Origin: an uncultured Candidatus Saccharibacteria bacterium | Lineage (GTDB): Bacteria > Patescibacteriota > Minisyncoccia > Phycocordibacterales > UBA5272 | DNA length: 60,350 nt | Assembly: GCA_964577675.1 (NCBI GenBank) | Contig: CAZNZQ010000002.1 | Span: 1 to 60,350, forward strand | Reading direction: 5' to 3' | Part shown: positions 16,919-26,663 of the stretch, in pieces | Numbering within the stretch: position 1 is the stretch's first letter | Layout of the letters: the number at the start of each line of letters is the position of its first letter | Made by a program: the position numbers and the translations under genes | The notes under the pieces: model-generated | What the model saw: only the letters and a program-made list of their open reading frames with translations | What the model was told of the DNA's origin: nothing | Database searches by the model: none

Positions 16919-17069
16919 GAGATTCTCCTAGAGAAAGTGGTTATTGTAAGGCGCAGGGTACATAACCATGCCACTGTTTTAGTCTGTTAAAGTCAAAATT
17001 CCAGAGACTACTTGGTTAATACCTTCATAGCCAAAGATATCCACATTTTTCAGCTTTTTTTATAACAAA

Positions 17070-17105
17070 GTGGGGTATAATGGGGCTTAGTGGGGGGAAG
17101 TGGGA
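17070..17105 (+). promoter_or_regulatory. Four (G/A)TGGG MraZ-box repeats at 10-bp phasing, overlapping a TATAAT box
   Basis: GTGGGG at 17070, ATGGGG at 17080, GTGGGG at 17090 and GTGGGA at 17100. TATAAT lies at 17076-17081. The array sits 42-77 nt upstream of mraZ. Confidence 0.65.
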
Positions 17106-17146
17106 GCTTCTCAAAAATATGCCAATTTTATCCCTACTAACGAATT

Positions 17147-17581
17147 ATGCTAATCGGAAAGTACACTCACGACCTAGATCCTAAAAAAAGACTGACGCTT
17201 CCCTCAAAGTGGCGCACAGACTTAGGGAAGAAAGTAGTGGTAACAAGTGGACTCGATTCTTCGCTCTTTGTCTTCGGTGTAAAAGAATGGGAAGTCGTCG
17301 CACAGAAACTATCTAACAGTGGTTTTGGTAACCTCGACAGCAGAAGCTTTAATCGCTTCATGCTTGCGAATGCTTATGAGACTGATGTTGATGCAGCTGG
17401 ACGCATTGTCATCCCAGATAATTTAAAGGACTTCGCTAAGCTTTCGTCTAAGGTAGTTCTTGCGGGTATGTATTCCCGCGTAGAGCTTTGGAATGAAGAA
17501 GCGTGGAATGTAAATATTTCAAAAGTAAATGGTGAGGCGGACGCGCTCGCGTCTAAGCTTAGCGACCTAGGAGTTCTTTAA
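17147..17581 (+). CDS. mraZ: Transcriptional regulator MraZ
   Basis: Contains two SpoVT/AbrB-like repeats, DPKKRLTLP and DAAGRIVIP. Confidence 0.95.
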   Translation: MLIGKYTHDLDPKKRLTLPSKWRTDLGKKVVVTSGLDSSLFVFGVKEWEVVAQKLSNSGFGNLDSRSFNRFMLANAYETDVDAAGRIVIPDNLKDFAKLSSKVVLAGMYSRVELWNEEAWNVNISKVNGEADALASKLSDLGVL

Positions 17582-17585
17582 GACT

Positions 17586-18482
17586 ATGGCGATACATATT
17601 CCGGTTCTGCTTAGTGAATGTTTAGAAGGTCTTGCGATAAAAGAAGCAGGGGTTTATGTAGACTGCACAACTAATCGCGGGGGGCATAGTGTAGAAATGG
17701 CGAAGAAGATAGGGAAAGACGGGGTGCTCATCTGTATTGACCTCGATGAGGATGCGCTTCGTGAAGCGCGTGAGAATTTGGAAAAGGTAAGGAACCCTCC
17801 AAAGGTGCATTACATCTGCTCTAACTACCGGTCGCTACCATCTATCTTGGCAGACCTAAAAATAAGCCATGTGGACGGAATTCTCGCTGACCTCGGTCTA
17901 TCGTCCGAAGAGCTTGAGATTTCTGGTAGAGGGTTTACTTTTCTAAAAGACGAACCCCTCCTTATGACATTTAAAGCTCATCCAGAGGAAGATGTTACGA
18001 CTGCGTATGACATCGTTAACCTTTGGAGTGAGTCGACTATCGCAGATATCTTATATGGATTTGCGGATGAGACGTATTCAAGAAGAATAGCTCGCGCGAT
18101 TGTCGAAAGAAGAGCTGAAGTACCAATAAACACAACTTTCGATTTGTTAGAAGTAATAAAAAAGGCAGTTCCTGTGATGTATCAGCATAGAAAGTCGCAC
18201 TTTGCCACAAAGACGTTTCAAGCGCTCAGGATGGCGGTGAACGACGAATTGGGAGGTATACGAGAGTTACTTGAAGCGCTCCCTAACATTCTCGCTTCAA
18301 GTGGAAGAGCTTGCGTCATTACATTTCACAGCACCGAAGACAGACTTGTTAAGAATAGCTTCCGTTCCCATGAAGATACTCTTAAGATAATAACCAAAAA
18401 ACCCATAGTGCCTAAAGAAGAAGAGTTACAAAACAATCCACGTTCAAGAAGTGCACAGCTTCGTATCGTAGAGAGAATCTAA
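17586..18482 (+). CDS. rsmH: 16S rRNA m4C1402 methyltransferase RsmH
   Basis: Contains HIPVLL, DCTTNRGGHS, ADLGLSS, FHSTEDR and NPRSRSAQLR. Confidence 0.95.
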   Translation: MAIHIPVLLSECLEGLAIKEAGVYVDCTTNRGGHSVEMAKKIGKDGVLICIDLDEDALREARENLEKVRNPPKVHYICSNYRSLPSILADLKISHVDGILADLGLSSEELEISGRGFTFLKDEPLLMTFKAHPEEDVTTAYDIVNLWSESTIADILYGFADETYSRRIARAIVERRAEVPINTTFDLLEVIKKAVPVMYQHRKSHFATKTFQALRMAVNDELGGIRELLEALPNILASSGRACVITFHSTEDRLVKNSFRSHEDTLKIITKKPIVPKEEELQNNPRSRSAQLRIVERI

Positions 18483-18501
18483 TTTTAATATCAATTTATT
18501 T

Positions 18502-18813
18502 ATGCATCTGACTTACAAAAATCTAAACGAAAGAATAATCCACACAATGGCTGGAACTTTAACAATTCTAGCCCTTGTCTACATAGCTGTACTTCTTTCA
18601 CTTATTTTTTCTGTAATAGAGAGGAAGCAAAACATGATAGCTATCAAAGACGCTGCTTCCACCCTTAGTCAGATGGAAGGAGAATACGCAAACACAGTTT
18701 CTTCTATAACAGAAACAGAGCTTTCTGAAAACAATTTCGTACGCATCGATAACGCCACTTTCGCTGTCCGCAAAGATGACATTGCAAGCTATACTGTGCT
18801 GTATGCGCGCTAA
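18502..18813 (+). CDS. FtsL-like single-pass membrane protein
   Basis: One TM segment (LTILALVYIAVLLSLIF). It lies between rsmH and ftsI. Confidence 0.5.
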   Translation: MHLTYKNLNERIIHTMAGTLTILALVYIAVLLSLIFSVIERKQNMIAIKDAASTLSQMEGEYANTVSSITETELSENNFVRIDNATFAVRKDDIASYTVLYAR

Positions 18814-20548
18814 GGAGATACCGCTTACAGAGGATCAAGAACGGAGGTCGGTAGATAGAATTGATTTAGTTCTTCTCGGATGGACTTTAGTCGCGCTCAT
18901 TTTACTTGGGAGAGCTTTTTATATTCAAATAGTGCAACATTCATACTTTACTGGTTTGGCAGATAGACAATATATTTCAAAAGTCCAGACCAACTTCGAC
19001 AGAGGAAGTATTTACTTTTCAAGTTACAAAGGAGCGCTCGTCCCAGCTGCTAACCTTTATACTTACTATCGTCTCGCAGTTGCTCCTAACCTTGTAACAG
19101 ATGGACCTGCTCTCTACTCAAAACTCAATGCCGTTATTCCATTAGACGAAGAGCTTTTCCTTAAGAAAGTTTCTAAAGAGAATGATCCATACGAAGAGAT
19201 AGCTAAAGATCTTACCCTTGACCAGGTCAATGCAATAAAGCTTCTAAAAATAAAGGGAGTAAGTTTTGTTAAAGATAACAAGAGATCTTATCCTCAAGAA
19301 GAGGTGGGGGCTAAAATGCTTGGCTTCGTTGGGAATGATGGGATACGAGTAAAGGGTCAGTATGGCTTAGAGAGATACTACGACGATGTTCTTTCTAGAG
19401 GTGAGAGTGGTTTATCTGTAAATTTCTTTGCGGAGCTCTTTGCTGATATCGAAAGCACTATTGTTTCTAACAAAGACAGGCAGGAAGGCGATATTGTCAC
19501 TACGATAGACGCAGAAGCGGCTAGGGCGCTACATGCAACCCTAAAGGAGACCCGTAAGACTTGGAACTCAGATATGATCGGAGGCATTATAATGGATCCA
19601 AAAACAGGAAGGATTATTGCGATGGAGTCGCTTCCAGAATACGACCCGAATCAGTTTGCTCCTGTTAAAGATAGTAGTTTGTTCCTTAATCAGTCTGTTT
19701 CTGGGGTCTACGAAATGGGAAGTATTATAAAGCCGATAACGGTTGCAGCTGCGCTTGATGCCGGTGCCGTTACTGAAGAAACTACCTATAACGACACTGG
19801 TTTTAGAGATTTAAATGGTTACAAAGTGCGTAACTTTGACGAAAGGGCTCGAGGTCAAGGTACTACTATGCAAACAATTTTGGACAAGTCGCTTAATGTC
19901 GGTATTGTTTTTTTGGTTGAACAGTTAGGGGTTGAGCGTTTTCAGTCTTATTTTAAGAAATTCGGCCTTGGAGAAGAGACAGGTATAGATCTCCCCGGAG
20001 AAGCTAGTGGTCTCGTTAAAAATATACAGAGTAGCGTTTTTGTAGATAATGCAACGGCTGGGTTCGGACAAGGGATAGCTATTACTCCAATTCAAACAGT
20101 CCGAGCGCTAGCGGTGCTAGGTAATGGCGGTAAGTTAGTCACCCCTCATTTGACTGACAGTATCATTTATAAAAATGGCGAGGTCAAAAAGGTGATGTCG
20201 GACGAGGGTAAACAGGTAATTAGTCCCCTAACAAGCGAGACCATTTCTCGTATGCTAGTGCATGTAGTTGATACGGCCCTAAAAAATGGAGAGTACAAGA
20301 TGGATCGTTACTCAATAGCGGCTAAGACCGGAACTGCGCAAATGGTGCGACCAGGCGGTGGGTACTATGAGGACAGATACCTTCACTCATTCTTCGGCTA
20401 TTTCCCTGCGTACGAACCTCGTTTTATTATTTTCCTTTTTCATACCCATCCTAAGGGTGCAGAATACGCTTCCGCAACACTTACTGATCCATTTTTTAAG
20501 CTAGTGAAATTTCTTATTAGTTATTACGAAATTCCTCCTGATAGATAA
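18776..20548 (+). CDS. ftsI: Division-type class B penicillin-binding protein (FtsI-like)
   Basis: Contains SxxK (GSIIKP), SxN (KSLNVG) and KTG (AKTGTA). The start is uncertain (18776 or 18803). Confidence 0.85.
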   Translation: MTLQAILCCMRAKEIPLTEDQERRSVDRIDLVLLGWTLVALILLGRAFYIQIVQHSYFTGLADRQYISKVQTNFDRGSIYFSSYKGALVPAANLYTYYRLAVAPNLVTDGPALYSKLNAVIPLDEELFLKKVSKENDPYEEIAKDLTLDQVNAIKLLKIKGVSFVKDNKRSYPQEEVGAKMLGFVGNDGIRVKGQYGLERYYDDVLSRGESGLSVNFFAELFADIESTIVSNKDRQEGDIVTTIDAEAARALHATLKETRKTWNSDMIGGIIMDPKTGRIIAMESLPEYDPNQFAPVKDSSLFLNQSVSGVYEMGSIIKPITVAAALDAGAVTEETTYNDTGFRDLNGYKVRNFDERARGQGTTMQTILDKSLNVGIVFLVEQLGVERFQSYFKKFGLGEETGIDLPGEASGLVKNIQSSVFVDNATAGFGQGIAITPIQTVRALAVLGNGGKLVTPHLTDSIIYKNGEVKKVMSDEGKQVISPLTSETISRMLVHVVDTALKNGEYKMDRYSIAAKTGTAQMVRPGGGYYEDRYLHSFFGYFPAYEPRFIIFLFHTHPKGAEYASATLTDPFFKLVKFLISYYEIPPDR

Positions 20549-20607
20549 AGGAGCATATATGGACAATAAGATATCTGACTTTAAGACTAAAACTATTCTG
20601 TAATAAT

Positions 20608-22059
20608 ATGAGTTATACTGACCTAATGTCAGTTAATCCTCTTAGAGCCAAGAAGCTTTCCGAAAAAGAATATATAGGTGGAACTGTCATATACCAGATG
20701 TGTCGTGATATCCGTGCGCAGGACAACGATGCACTACTATTTGCACAGGAACTAGCCAAGAGTAAAGGGTCACAGCTTATTGTTAACTACGTTATTTGGA
20801 ACTACGAATGGGAGGGGGCGACCAGAAGGTTCTATGACTGGGTGCTGCCGTCCCTTAAAGAAGTTGAAGAAACTCTTCGTAATAACAACATTCCGCTTGT
20901 GGTCACTCTAGAAGACGAGAAGCTTTTTGTTAAGAATAAGTTTACAAAAGTCCCCGAAAACGTAGGTGCTGTAGTCATCGACCAGCTCCCTCTCCGTTTT
21001 ATGAGAAAATGGAAAGAGCATTTTTTGGAGCTAGGGCAGCACGTTTCTCTTTACGAGGTTGATACACATAACTGTATTCCAGTATGGGAAACTTCTTCTA
21101 AACAGGAGTTCGCAGCGCGTACCATAAGAGGCAAGATACACGCTAAGCTACCTTCCTTTTTAGAAGCGCACGGGAAGCTGCTCTCTCATGATGAGAATGA
21201 GGAACTTCTTAAAAGCCTTAAGGGTAACGACTGGCAAGCGGTTAGTTCAAAAATCAAATGTAATGAAAGTGTTATAGGGGTTGGCCTATTTACTCCAGGT
21301 GAGAAGGCTGCTAAGGAAATGCTTAATCACTTTTTGTCAGATAAGCTCTCACACTACGACACTTCACGCAACGACTTTACGGTTGATGGACAGAGTAATC
21401 TGTCACCATATATTGCGCACGGGAACATCTCAAGGAGAACGATTATCCTTCAGCTTTTGAAAATAGCAGAACTTAAGATAGAAGATGCGTTTGACCCAGT
21501 TATGAATGGTTCAAATGGGAGGCTCGGTAGTGTTGCTGCGTTTATAGAAGAGTGTGTGGTGCGCGCTGAACTCTGTGATAACTTCTGCTACTACAACGCC
21601 TCGTATGATAAGGTTGAGGGCTTTCCTGCTTGGGCGAAGGAGACGCTCAGTAAAGCAAGGACTGATAAGCGCGAATATACCTACAGTCAGAAGGAGCTTG
21701 AAGATGGCAGAACGCACGACGATATCTGGAACGCGGCGCAGTCTCAGATGGTCAAAACAGGTAAGATGCATGGGTATATGAGAATGTATTGGGCAAAAAA
21801 GATTCTTGAATGGATGTCCACTCCAGAAGAGGCGATGAAGGCGGCAGTGTACCTCAATGATACATATGAATTAGATGGAAGAGACCCAAATGGGTATGTT
21901 GGTTGTGCTTGGTCAATCGGAGGTGTGCATGATAGGCCGTGGTTTGGTCGTCCGATATTTGGAACAGTTAGATACATGGCGAGATCGGGTGTTGAAAAAA
22001 GAGGAGATGTAAAGGTCTACGAACGTAAGTGGTTAGGTGGTGAGCAGAGTTTACTGTAG
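20608..22059 (+). CDS. phr: Class II CPD photolyase
   Basis: The C-terminal GYMRMYWAKKILEW...YLNDTYELDGRDPNGYVGCAWSIGGVHDRPW is the class II signature. Confidence 0.9.
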   Translation: MSYTDLMSVNPLRAKKLSEKEYIGGTVIYQMCRDIRAQDNDALLFAQELAKSKGSQLIVNYVIWNYEWEGATRRFYDWVLPSLKEVEETLRNNNIPLVVTLEDEKLFVKNKFTKVPENVGAVVIDQLPLRFMRKWKEHFLELGQHVSLYEVDTHNCIPVWETSSKQEFAARTIRGKIHAKLPSFLEAHGKLLSHDENEELLKSLKGNDWQAVSSKIKCNESVIGVGLFTPGEKAAKEMLNHFLSDKLSHYDTSRNDFTVDGQSNLSPYIAHGNISRRTIILQLLKIAELKIEDAFDPVMNGSNGRLGSVAAFIEECVVRAELCDNFCYYNASYDKVEGFPAWAKETLSKARTDKREYTYSQKELEDGRTHDDIWNAAQSQMVKTGKMHGYMRMYWAKKILEWMSTPEEAMKAAVYLNDTYELDGRDPNGYVGCAWSIGGVHDRPWFGRPIFGTVRYMARSGVEKRGDVKVYERKWLGGEQSLL

Positions 22060-22068
22060 AATAAAAAG

Positions 22069-23001
22069 ATGAATAAAAAACCTCCATTTAGTGGTCCTGA
22101 GAAACAGAGCGCTCATACAAAAGTCTCGGTCAGAAAAGCGCCTCTTGGTGCAAAAGTGAGATATCAGAAGCCTAATGAAGAAAAGAGGGAAAAGAAAGTA
22201 GATACGCAGGCTATGTCGCCAACATCATGGGGGCCGGTTGCTTCTTGGTATGACAACCATTTAGAAAAAGACACAGATTCGTATCATGCAAAAGTGGTGC
22301 ACCCTAACCTAATTCGGATGATTGGAGACGTTAAAGGAAAGCATGTCTTTGACCTTGCGTGTGGGCAAGGGATTTTTTCTAGGTTACTTGCTGGGCAGGG
22401 TGCGTATATTATAGGTGCAGATATTAGCAAGGAGCTCATCGCTCTAGCAGAAAAAAATAACTCACAGTTTACATTTAAGGTGCATTACTTTACTACACCG
22501 TCGCATGACTTGTATATGGTGAAGCCAAAAACACAAGACATACTCGTCTGCGTGCTTGCCATTCAGAATATCGAAAAGTTACAGGAAACAGTGGGTGAGA
22601 TATGTCGCACTCTTAAGGATGACGGAAGGGCGTACCTAGTTCTTAATCATCCGAGCTTTCGTAATCCGACACATACACATTGGGGGTATGATGAGCATGA
22701 AGATAAGCAGTACAGGAGGGTGGAAGAGTATATGAGTGAGTCAAAGATAAAAATAGACATGACCCCAGGGTCTAAGAATGATAAGAAGTTCACTATGTCG
22801 TTCCATAGACCGCTTCAGGTGTATGTAAAGGCTTTTGCTAAGCATGGGCTAGCAATAACAAGACTAGAAGAGTGGGGAAGCCACAGGGTAAGCGAAAAAG
22901 GTCCTCGTCAAAAAGCAGAAAATACTTCCAGAAAAGAAATCCCTCTTTTTATGGCAATAGAGTTACAGAAAGTAAAAGAGGATCTACAACATAAAGTGTA
23001 G
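22069..23001 (+). CDS. Class I SAM-dependent methyltransferase with a basic N-terminal extension
   Basis: Motif I is VFDLACGQGIFS, with GADIS after it. Confidence 0.75.
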   Translation: MNKKPPFSGPEKQSAHTKVSVRKAPLGAKVRYQKPNEEKREKKVDTQAMSPTSWGPVASWYDNHLEKDTDSYHAKVVHPNLIRMIGDVKGKHVFDLACGQGIFSRLLAGQGAYIIGADISKELIALAEKNNSQFTFKVHYFTTPSHDLYMVKPKTQDILVCVLAIQNIEKLQETVGEICRTLKDDGRAYLVLNHPSFRNPTHTHWGYDEHEDKQYRRVEEYMSESKIKIDMTPGSKNDKKFTMSFHRPLQVYVKAFAKHGLAITRLEEWGSHRVSEKGPRQKAENTSRKEIPLFMAIELQKVKEDLQHKV

Positions 23002-23047
23002 ATGAAGAGAAAAGGGTTTGTGCTTAGTGGTGGTCACTTTATAATAC

Positions 23048-23091
<44 letters not shown>

Positions 23092-23119
23092 GGGCCCATA
23101 TGGTATACTTTCTGACATT

Positions 23120-23809
23120 ATGAAACATATCTTGCCACGTTTTATGACTACAACAGAAGGGAAGTTCTTTTCGGCTGTAGCTCTTATTATTATCACTTTA
23201 TTTGCTTATTACTTTTATGCAGGGTCGCCATCAACATCTAGTGACGGAGAGATAGCAGATATCACAATCTCAGAAACAGACCATGTTCGTGGTGCAAAGG
23301 ACGGACAAGTTACCTTGGTAGAATTCGGTGATTTTCAGTGCCCAGCGTGTGCAGCATATGAACCAATCGTGAAGCAGGTATTAGCTGATAATAAAGATAC
23401 ACTTAAGCTTGTCTATCGCCACTTCCCACTTACCCAGATTCACAAGAACGCTCTCGGTGCAGCAATAGCAACGGAAGCTGCAGGGGCTCAAGGTAAGTTT
23501 TGGGAGATGCACGATATTCTCTATGACAAACAAGGAGAGTGGGGGAACGCACTTAATGCTAGAGACTACTTCTTAACTTACGCAACGACAATCGGATTAG
23601 ATACGAAGAAATTTCAAGAAAGCCTAAGCAACGAGTCACTTGAAGCTAAGGTGCTTGCTGAACTAAGAGAAGGAGTGCGTCTTGGGGTTCAGGGCACACC
23701 AACCTTTTTCCTTAACGGAAAGAAACTAGATAACCCTCTCGACCTCGCAAAATTTAATGCCCTTATAAAAGAGGCTGCCCAGGTACAGGCGCAAGCTACT
23801 ACTAACTAG
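23120..23809 (+). CDS. Membrane-anchored DsbA-family thiol:disulfide oxidoreductase
   Basis: N-terminal TM segment and a thioredoxin fold with FQCPAC. The ATG lies 10 nt after TATACT. Confidence 0.8.
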   Translation: MKHILPRFMTTTEGKFFSAVALIIITLFAYYFYAGSPSTSSDGEIADITISETDHVRGAKDGQVTLVEFGDFQCPACAAYEPIVKQVLADNKDTLKLVYRHFPLTQIHKNALGAAIATEAAGAQGKFWEMHDILYDKQGEWGNALNARDYFLTYATTIGLDTKKFQESLSNESLEAKVLAELREGVRLGVQGTPTFFLNGKKLDNPLDLAKFNALIKEAAQVQAQATTN

Positions 23810-23822
23810 TTTTTATGTAACC

Positions 23823-24050
23823 ATGATTAAGGAATTTTTACTAAAACAAGCAGTTAAGCACGGCACAAAGAACCTCCCAAAAGAACAGGCTGAGATGCTT
23901 CAGCTTGCTGTGGAGAAGAATCCAGAGCTCTTCTCAAAAATTGCCAAAGAAATAGAAGCGCTCAAGAAACAGGGCAAGCCAGAAATGTACGCAGCACTCG
24001 ATGTGATGAAGAAGTACCAGAAAGAACTACAAGGGCTTTTTCAACAGTAG
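23823..24050 (+). CDS. Small helical protein, hypothetical
   Basis: 75-aa ORF, Lys/Glu-rich, tightly spaced within the operon. Confidence 0.5.
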   Translation: MIKEFLLKQAVKHGTKNLPKEQAEMLQLAVEKNPELFSKIAKEIEALKKQGKPEMYAALDVMKKYQKELQGLFQQ

Positions 24051-24079
24051 TCTCCTCCGCTCTGGCAAGTTAGTACACT

Positions 24080-24316
24080 ATGACAGAACACCCCAATGAT
24101 CCACTCTACGGTAAAACACTTTCTTCTATTGTGGGGTATTTAGTTAAGGTGTATGGATGGGAAGCGCTCGGGCAGGAAATCAGAATCGACTGTTTCAACA
24201 CTAATCCTTCGCTAAAGTCCAGCCTCACTTTTTTAAGAAGAACACCTTGGGCAAGACAAAAGGTCGAAGGGTTATATCTTGAGACACTGCAGGCAGAGTT
24301 GCGTAGAAAATCATAA
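24080..24316 (+). CDS. DUF2132 (VF530-like) small protein
   Basis: DPLYGKTL..GWEALG..CF..NPSLKSSLTFLRRTPWARQKVE matches my recollection of the DUF2132 signature. Confidence 0.6.
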   Translation: MTEHPNDPLYGKTLSSIVGYLVKVYGWEALGQEIRIDCFNTNPSLKSSLTFLRRTPWARQKVEGLYLETLQAELRRKS

Positions 24317-24489
24317 TGATAACATCACTTGTTCTTTTATTACCTTCAGGTTTCTTGCTCTATCTGTCTGAGTTCTTCTTCGTGTACAGTGTACTTTTTG
24401 AGAGAGTAGAGACCCCCATTCTTTCACAGCAATCGTATGCTGCTTTTGAATATTTTTCGGATACGTATGCCAGAAAGTCTCTAAGGTAA
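24316..24489 (+). CDS. 57-aa hydrophobic peptide, hypothetical
   Basis: Its ATG overlaps the preceding stop (TAATG). The product begins MITSLVLLLPSGFLLYLSEFFFVYSVLF. It is below the ORF-track size cutoff. Confidence 0.3.
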   Translation: MITSLVLLLPSGFLLYLSEFFFVYSVLFERVETPILSQQSYAAFEYFSDTYARKSLR

Positions 24490-24532
24490 CGTCTGGTTGA
24501 CAGAAGAAGGTGTCTCGTTGTTTAATGTGAGT

Positions 24533-24642
24533 ATTCTCGGGGTCGGCTTATGTTGAAAGCCAGCTGCATGCAGTTGCCAGGGGTAGCCCTTAGGGGAACC
24601 TTGCTGAGATCTCGGGCGCGTCGCAAGACGCGCCCTCTTTTT
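24533..24642 (+). ncRNA. Candidate ~110-nt small RNA (unclassified)
   Basis: TTGACA (24497-24502), an 18-nt spacer and TTTAAT (24521-26) lie upstream. Internal hairpins include ggctt..aagcc and the ctgcatgcag palindrome. A strong terminator sits at 24614-24642. It contains no ORF. Confidence 0.25.
24614..24642 (+). terminator. Intrinsic terminator
   Basis: gggcgcgtc-gcaa-gacgcgccc followed by tcttttt. Confidence 0.8.
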
Positions 24643-24712
24643 GTCTTAGTTTAGTCTTGGTTCAGACTTTGAAATAAATTCCGTTCAGGTATAGTAATAA
24701 CTAATACCCTTT

Positions 24713-25294
24713 ATGATAGACACAGAGCACGAGCTAAAAGACGAGATTATTGCGGAGCAGGTTTGTCTCGGAGACAAAGAAGCGTACGGCATCCTTGTCG
24801 AGAGATATGAAGGGAAACTCTCTAGGTATATTAAAAGATTCACCCAAGTAGATGATGATGCCTCAGATATTCTCCAGGTCGTTTTTATAAAGGCGTATAC
24901 CAACCTGCGCGGGTTCGATACTGGTCGGTCGTTTAATTCTTGGATATATCGCATCACCCACAATGAGTGTGTTAATCATTTGAAGAAGAGGGGCAGTGAG
25001 AGGGTTTCCTTCATAGACTTTGATACTATTTTGCCACACCTCTTCGCAGATGAGGAGTCTCACACTCTCGCTGAGAAGGAAGAGACCAAGAAGTTGCTCG
25101 AGACATCTCTCGGCGCCATCTCTTCTAAATATCGAGAAATACTTATTCTCTACTACTATGATGATTTATCATACGAAGAAATAAGTGACGTCCTTCAGAT
25201 ACCAACTTCCACCGTTGGTGTAAGGATAAAAAGGGGGAAGGGGGCATTACACAAAACATTAGTAGAAAAAAACTATCACCATGACAGACCTTAA
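24713..25294 (+). CDS. ECF-type sigma-70 family sigma factor
   Basis: Region 2 is FNSWIYRITHNECVNHLKK. The region 4 HTH is LSYEEISDVLQIPTSTVGVRIKRG. Confidence 0.9.
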   Translation: MIDTEHELKDEIIAEQVCLGDKEAYGILVERYEGKLSRYIKRFTQVDDDASDILQVVFIKAYTNLRGFDTGRSFNSWIYRITHNECVNHLKKRGSERVSFIDFDTILPHLFADEESHTLAEKEETKKLLETSLGAISSKYREILILYYYDDLSYEEISDVLQIPTSTVGVRIKRGKGALHKTLVEKNYHHDRP

Positions 25295-26057
25295 AGATAC
25301 AATACTTCGAACACTCTCAAGTGGAGAGATACAAATGATACCAAAGTGGCGTCTTGCTCTTTACTCTTTTGGCGCGGCTCTGTCAGTGCTCTTCCTTTTC
25401 CTTCTCGTTGTCTTCTCATTTAGTTTTATATTCTTTACGCTATCTCGCTATGGTTTTATGTACCTTCCAATGTTTGGATTTATGACGACACTCCATATGT
25501 TGAAGGCGATCCCGCTCCTGCTTTTGCTGTGTACAATAGCCCTACTCTTAGTTATAGAACTTATTTCACGTAAGAATGCTTTTAGTTTTAGAAAACCACT
25601 CATGATTACGCTGCTTTCCATAACTTCTCTTGCCGTAATTTTGAGTTTCCTTATAAGCATTACTCCGATGCACGAATATATGCGTGACTATGCAAGGGAG
25701 CACAATATACCCCTTGTTTCTAAGGCGTACCGTAGGCCTATCCCTCTTGACGGTGGTAGAGAGATGACAGTTCTCAGGGGTACAGTTGTAGCTGCATCTT
25801 CTAGCTTTATCACAGTGCGTCTTTTTGACGGAGTAGAGGTTACAGCACGTGCGAGCACCACACTAGGAGACATCACTCTTTCTGTAGAGAATAGTGATGT
25901 GCTATTATTTGGCGCTTTCGTAAACGGTAGTTTTGAAATTACTGAAATAAAGAATGCTCCAAGAATCCCATTTGAAAAAAGGAAAAGAGAGGTGCGGGAT
26001 ACAGATATGAAAAGATCTCCACCACAAGATGAAATAAATATGTTTAGGCAAAGGTAG
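25281..26057 (+). CDS. Multi-pass membrane protein, putative anti-sigma factor (by position)
   Basis: It overlaps the sigma gene stop by 14 nt and has 4-5 TM segments. No recognisable zinc anti-sigma motif is present. Confidence 0.45.
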   Translation: MTDLKDTILRTLSSGEIQMIPKWRLALYSFGAALSVLFLFLLVVFSFSFIFFTLSRYGFMYLPMFGFMTTLHMLKAIPLLLLLCTIALLLVIELISRKNAFSFRKPLMITLLSITSLAVILSFLISITPMHEYMRDYAREHNIPLVSKAYRRPIPLDGGREMTVLRGTVVAASSSFITVRLFDGVEVTARASTTLGDITLSVENSDVLLFGAFVNGSFEITEIKNAPRIPFEKRKREVRDTDMKRSPPQDEINMFRQR

Positions 26058-26129
26058 TAATAAGCAAGAAGGGAGACAATAACATTCGCGCAAACTTCCT
26101 TCTTATAGAACTATAACTACGACATACAT

Positions 26130-26573
26130 ATGAAAACAACACTAACAAAAAGAGCACTCCTAGGAGTTGCCACAATCGCAGCAGCTGGAGCACTCTCCGC
26201 TTCTGCGATGGGAATGGGAGGAATGATGGGCAACCTCTCGGCGGATGAACTTGCTATACGTCATACGCAGATGTTTCAAGAACAGGCTACACTCATCGGA
26301 GCAACAGTCGATGAAGTAAAAGCTGCTTGGGCGGAAGGCAAGAGTCTGCCTGCTCTTGCTAAAGAAAAAGGAATAACAGAAGAACAGCTTCAGACCAAGT
26401 TAAAAGCTGAACGTGAAGCTAAGATGAAGACACAGCTACAGAACCTAGTAACTAAGGGAGTAATCACACAGGCTCAGGCTGACAAGCGTCTCAGCACAAC
26501 GCAGACAAAGGCTGCTAATGTAAAAGAAGGCAAGCGCGGCGGTCATGGCATGAAGGGCGTCTTTGGTTTCTAA
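26130..26573 (+). CDS. Secreted helical protein, hypothetical
   Basis: Signal peptide (ALLGVATIAAAGALSASA) followed by Lys/Glu/Gln-rich helices. Confidence 0.6.
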   Translation: MKTTLTKRALLGVATIAAAGALSASAMGMGGMMGNLSADELAIRHTQMFQEQATLIGATVDEVKAAWAEGKSLPALAKEKGITEEQLQTKLKAEREAKMKTQLQNLVTKGVITQAQADKRLSTTQTKAANVKEGKRGGHGMKGVFGF

Positions 26574-26634
26574 GTCACAAAACCAATCTCCAGAACAACA
26601 CGAGAAAAGTGTACACACAATCTATCTTTAAAAA

Positions 26635-26661
26635 ACACCGGAGGGACTCCGGTGTTTTTTG
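26635..26661 (+). terminator. Intrinsic terminator
   Basis: acaccggag-gga-ctccggtgt followed by a T-run. Confidence 0.8.
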
Positions 26662-26663
26662 TT

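Noticed and set aside
24533-24613. SRP (4.5S) RNA or 6S RNA identity for the candidate sRNA
   Set aside because: The conserved SRP domain IV pattern (GGAA tetraloop context, AGCAGC strand) is absent. The 5' and 3' ends do not pair into the long hairpin expected. 6S cannot be judged by eye.
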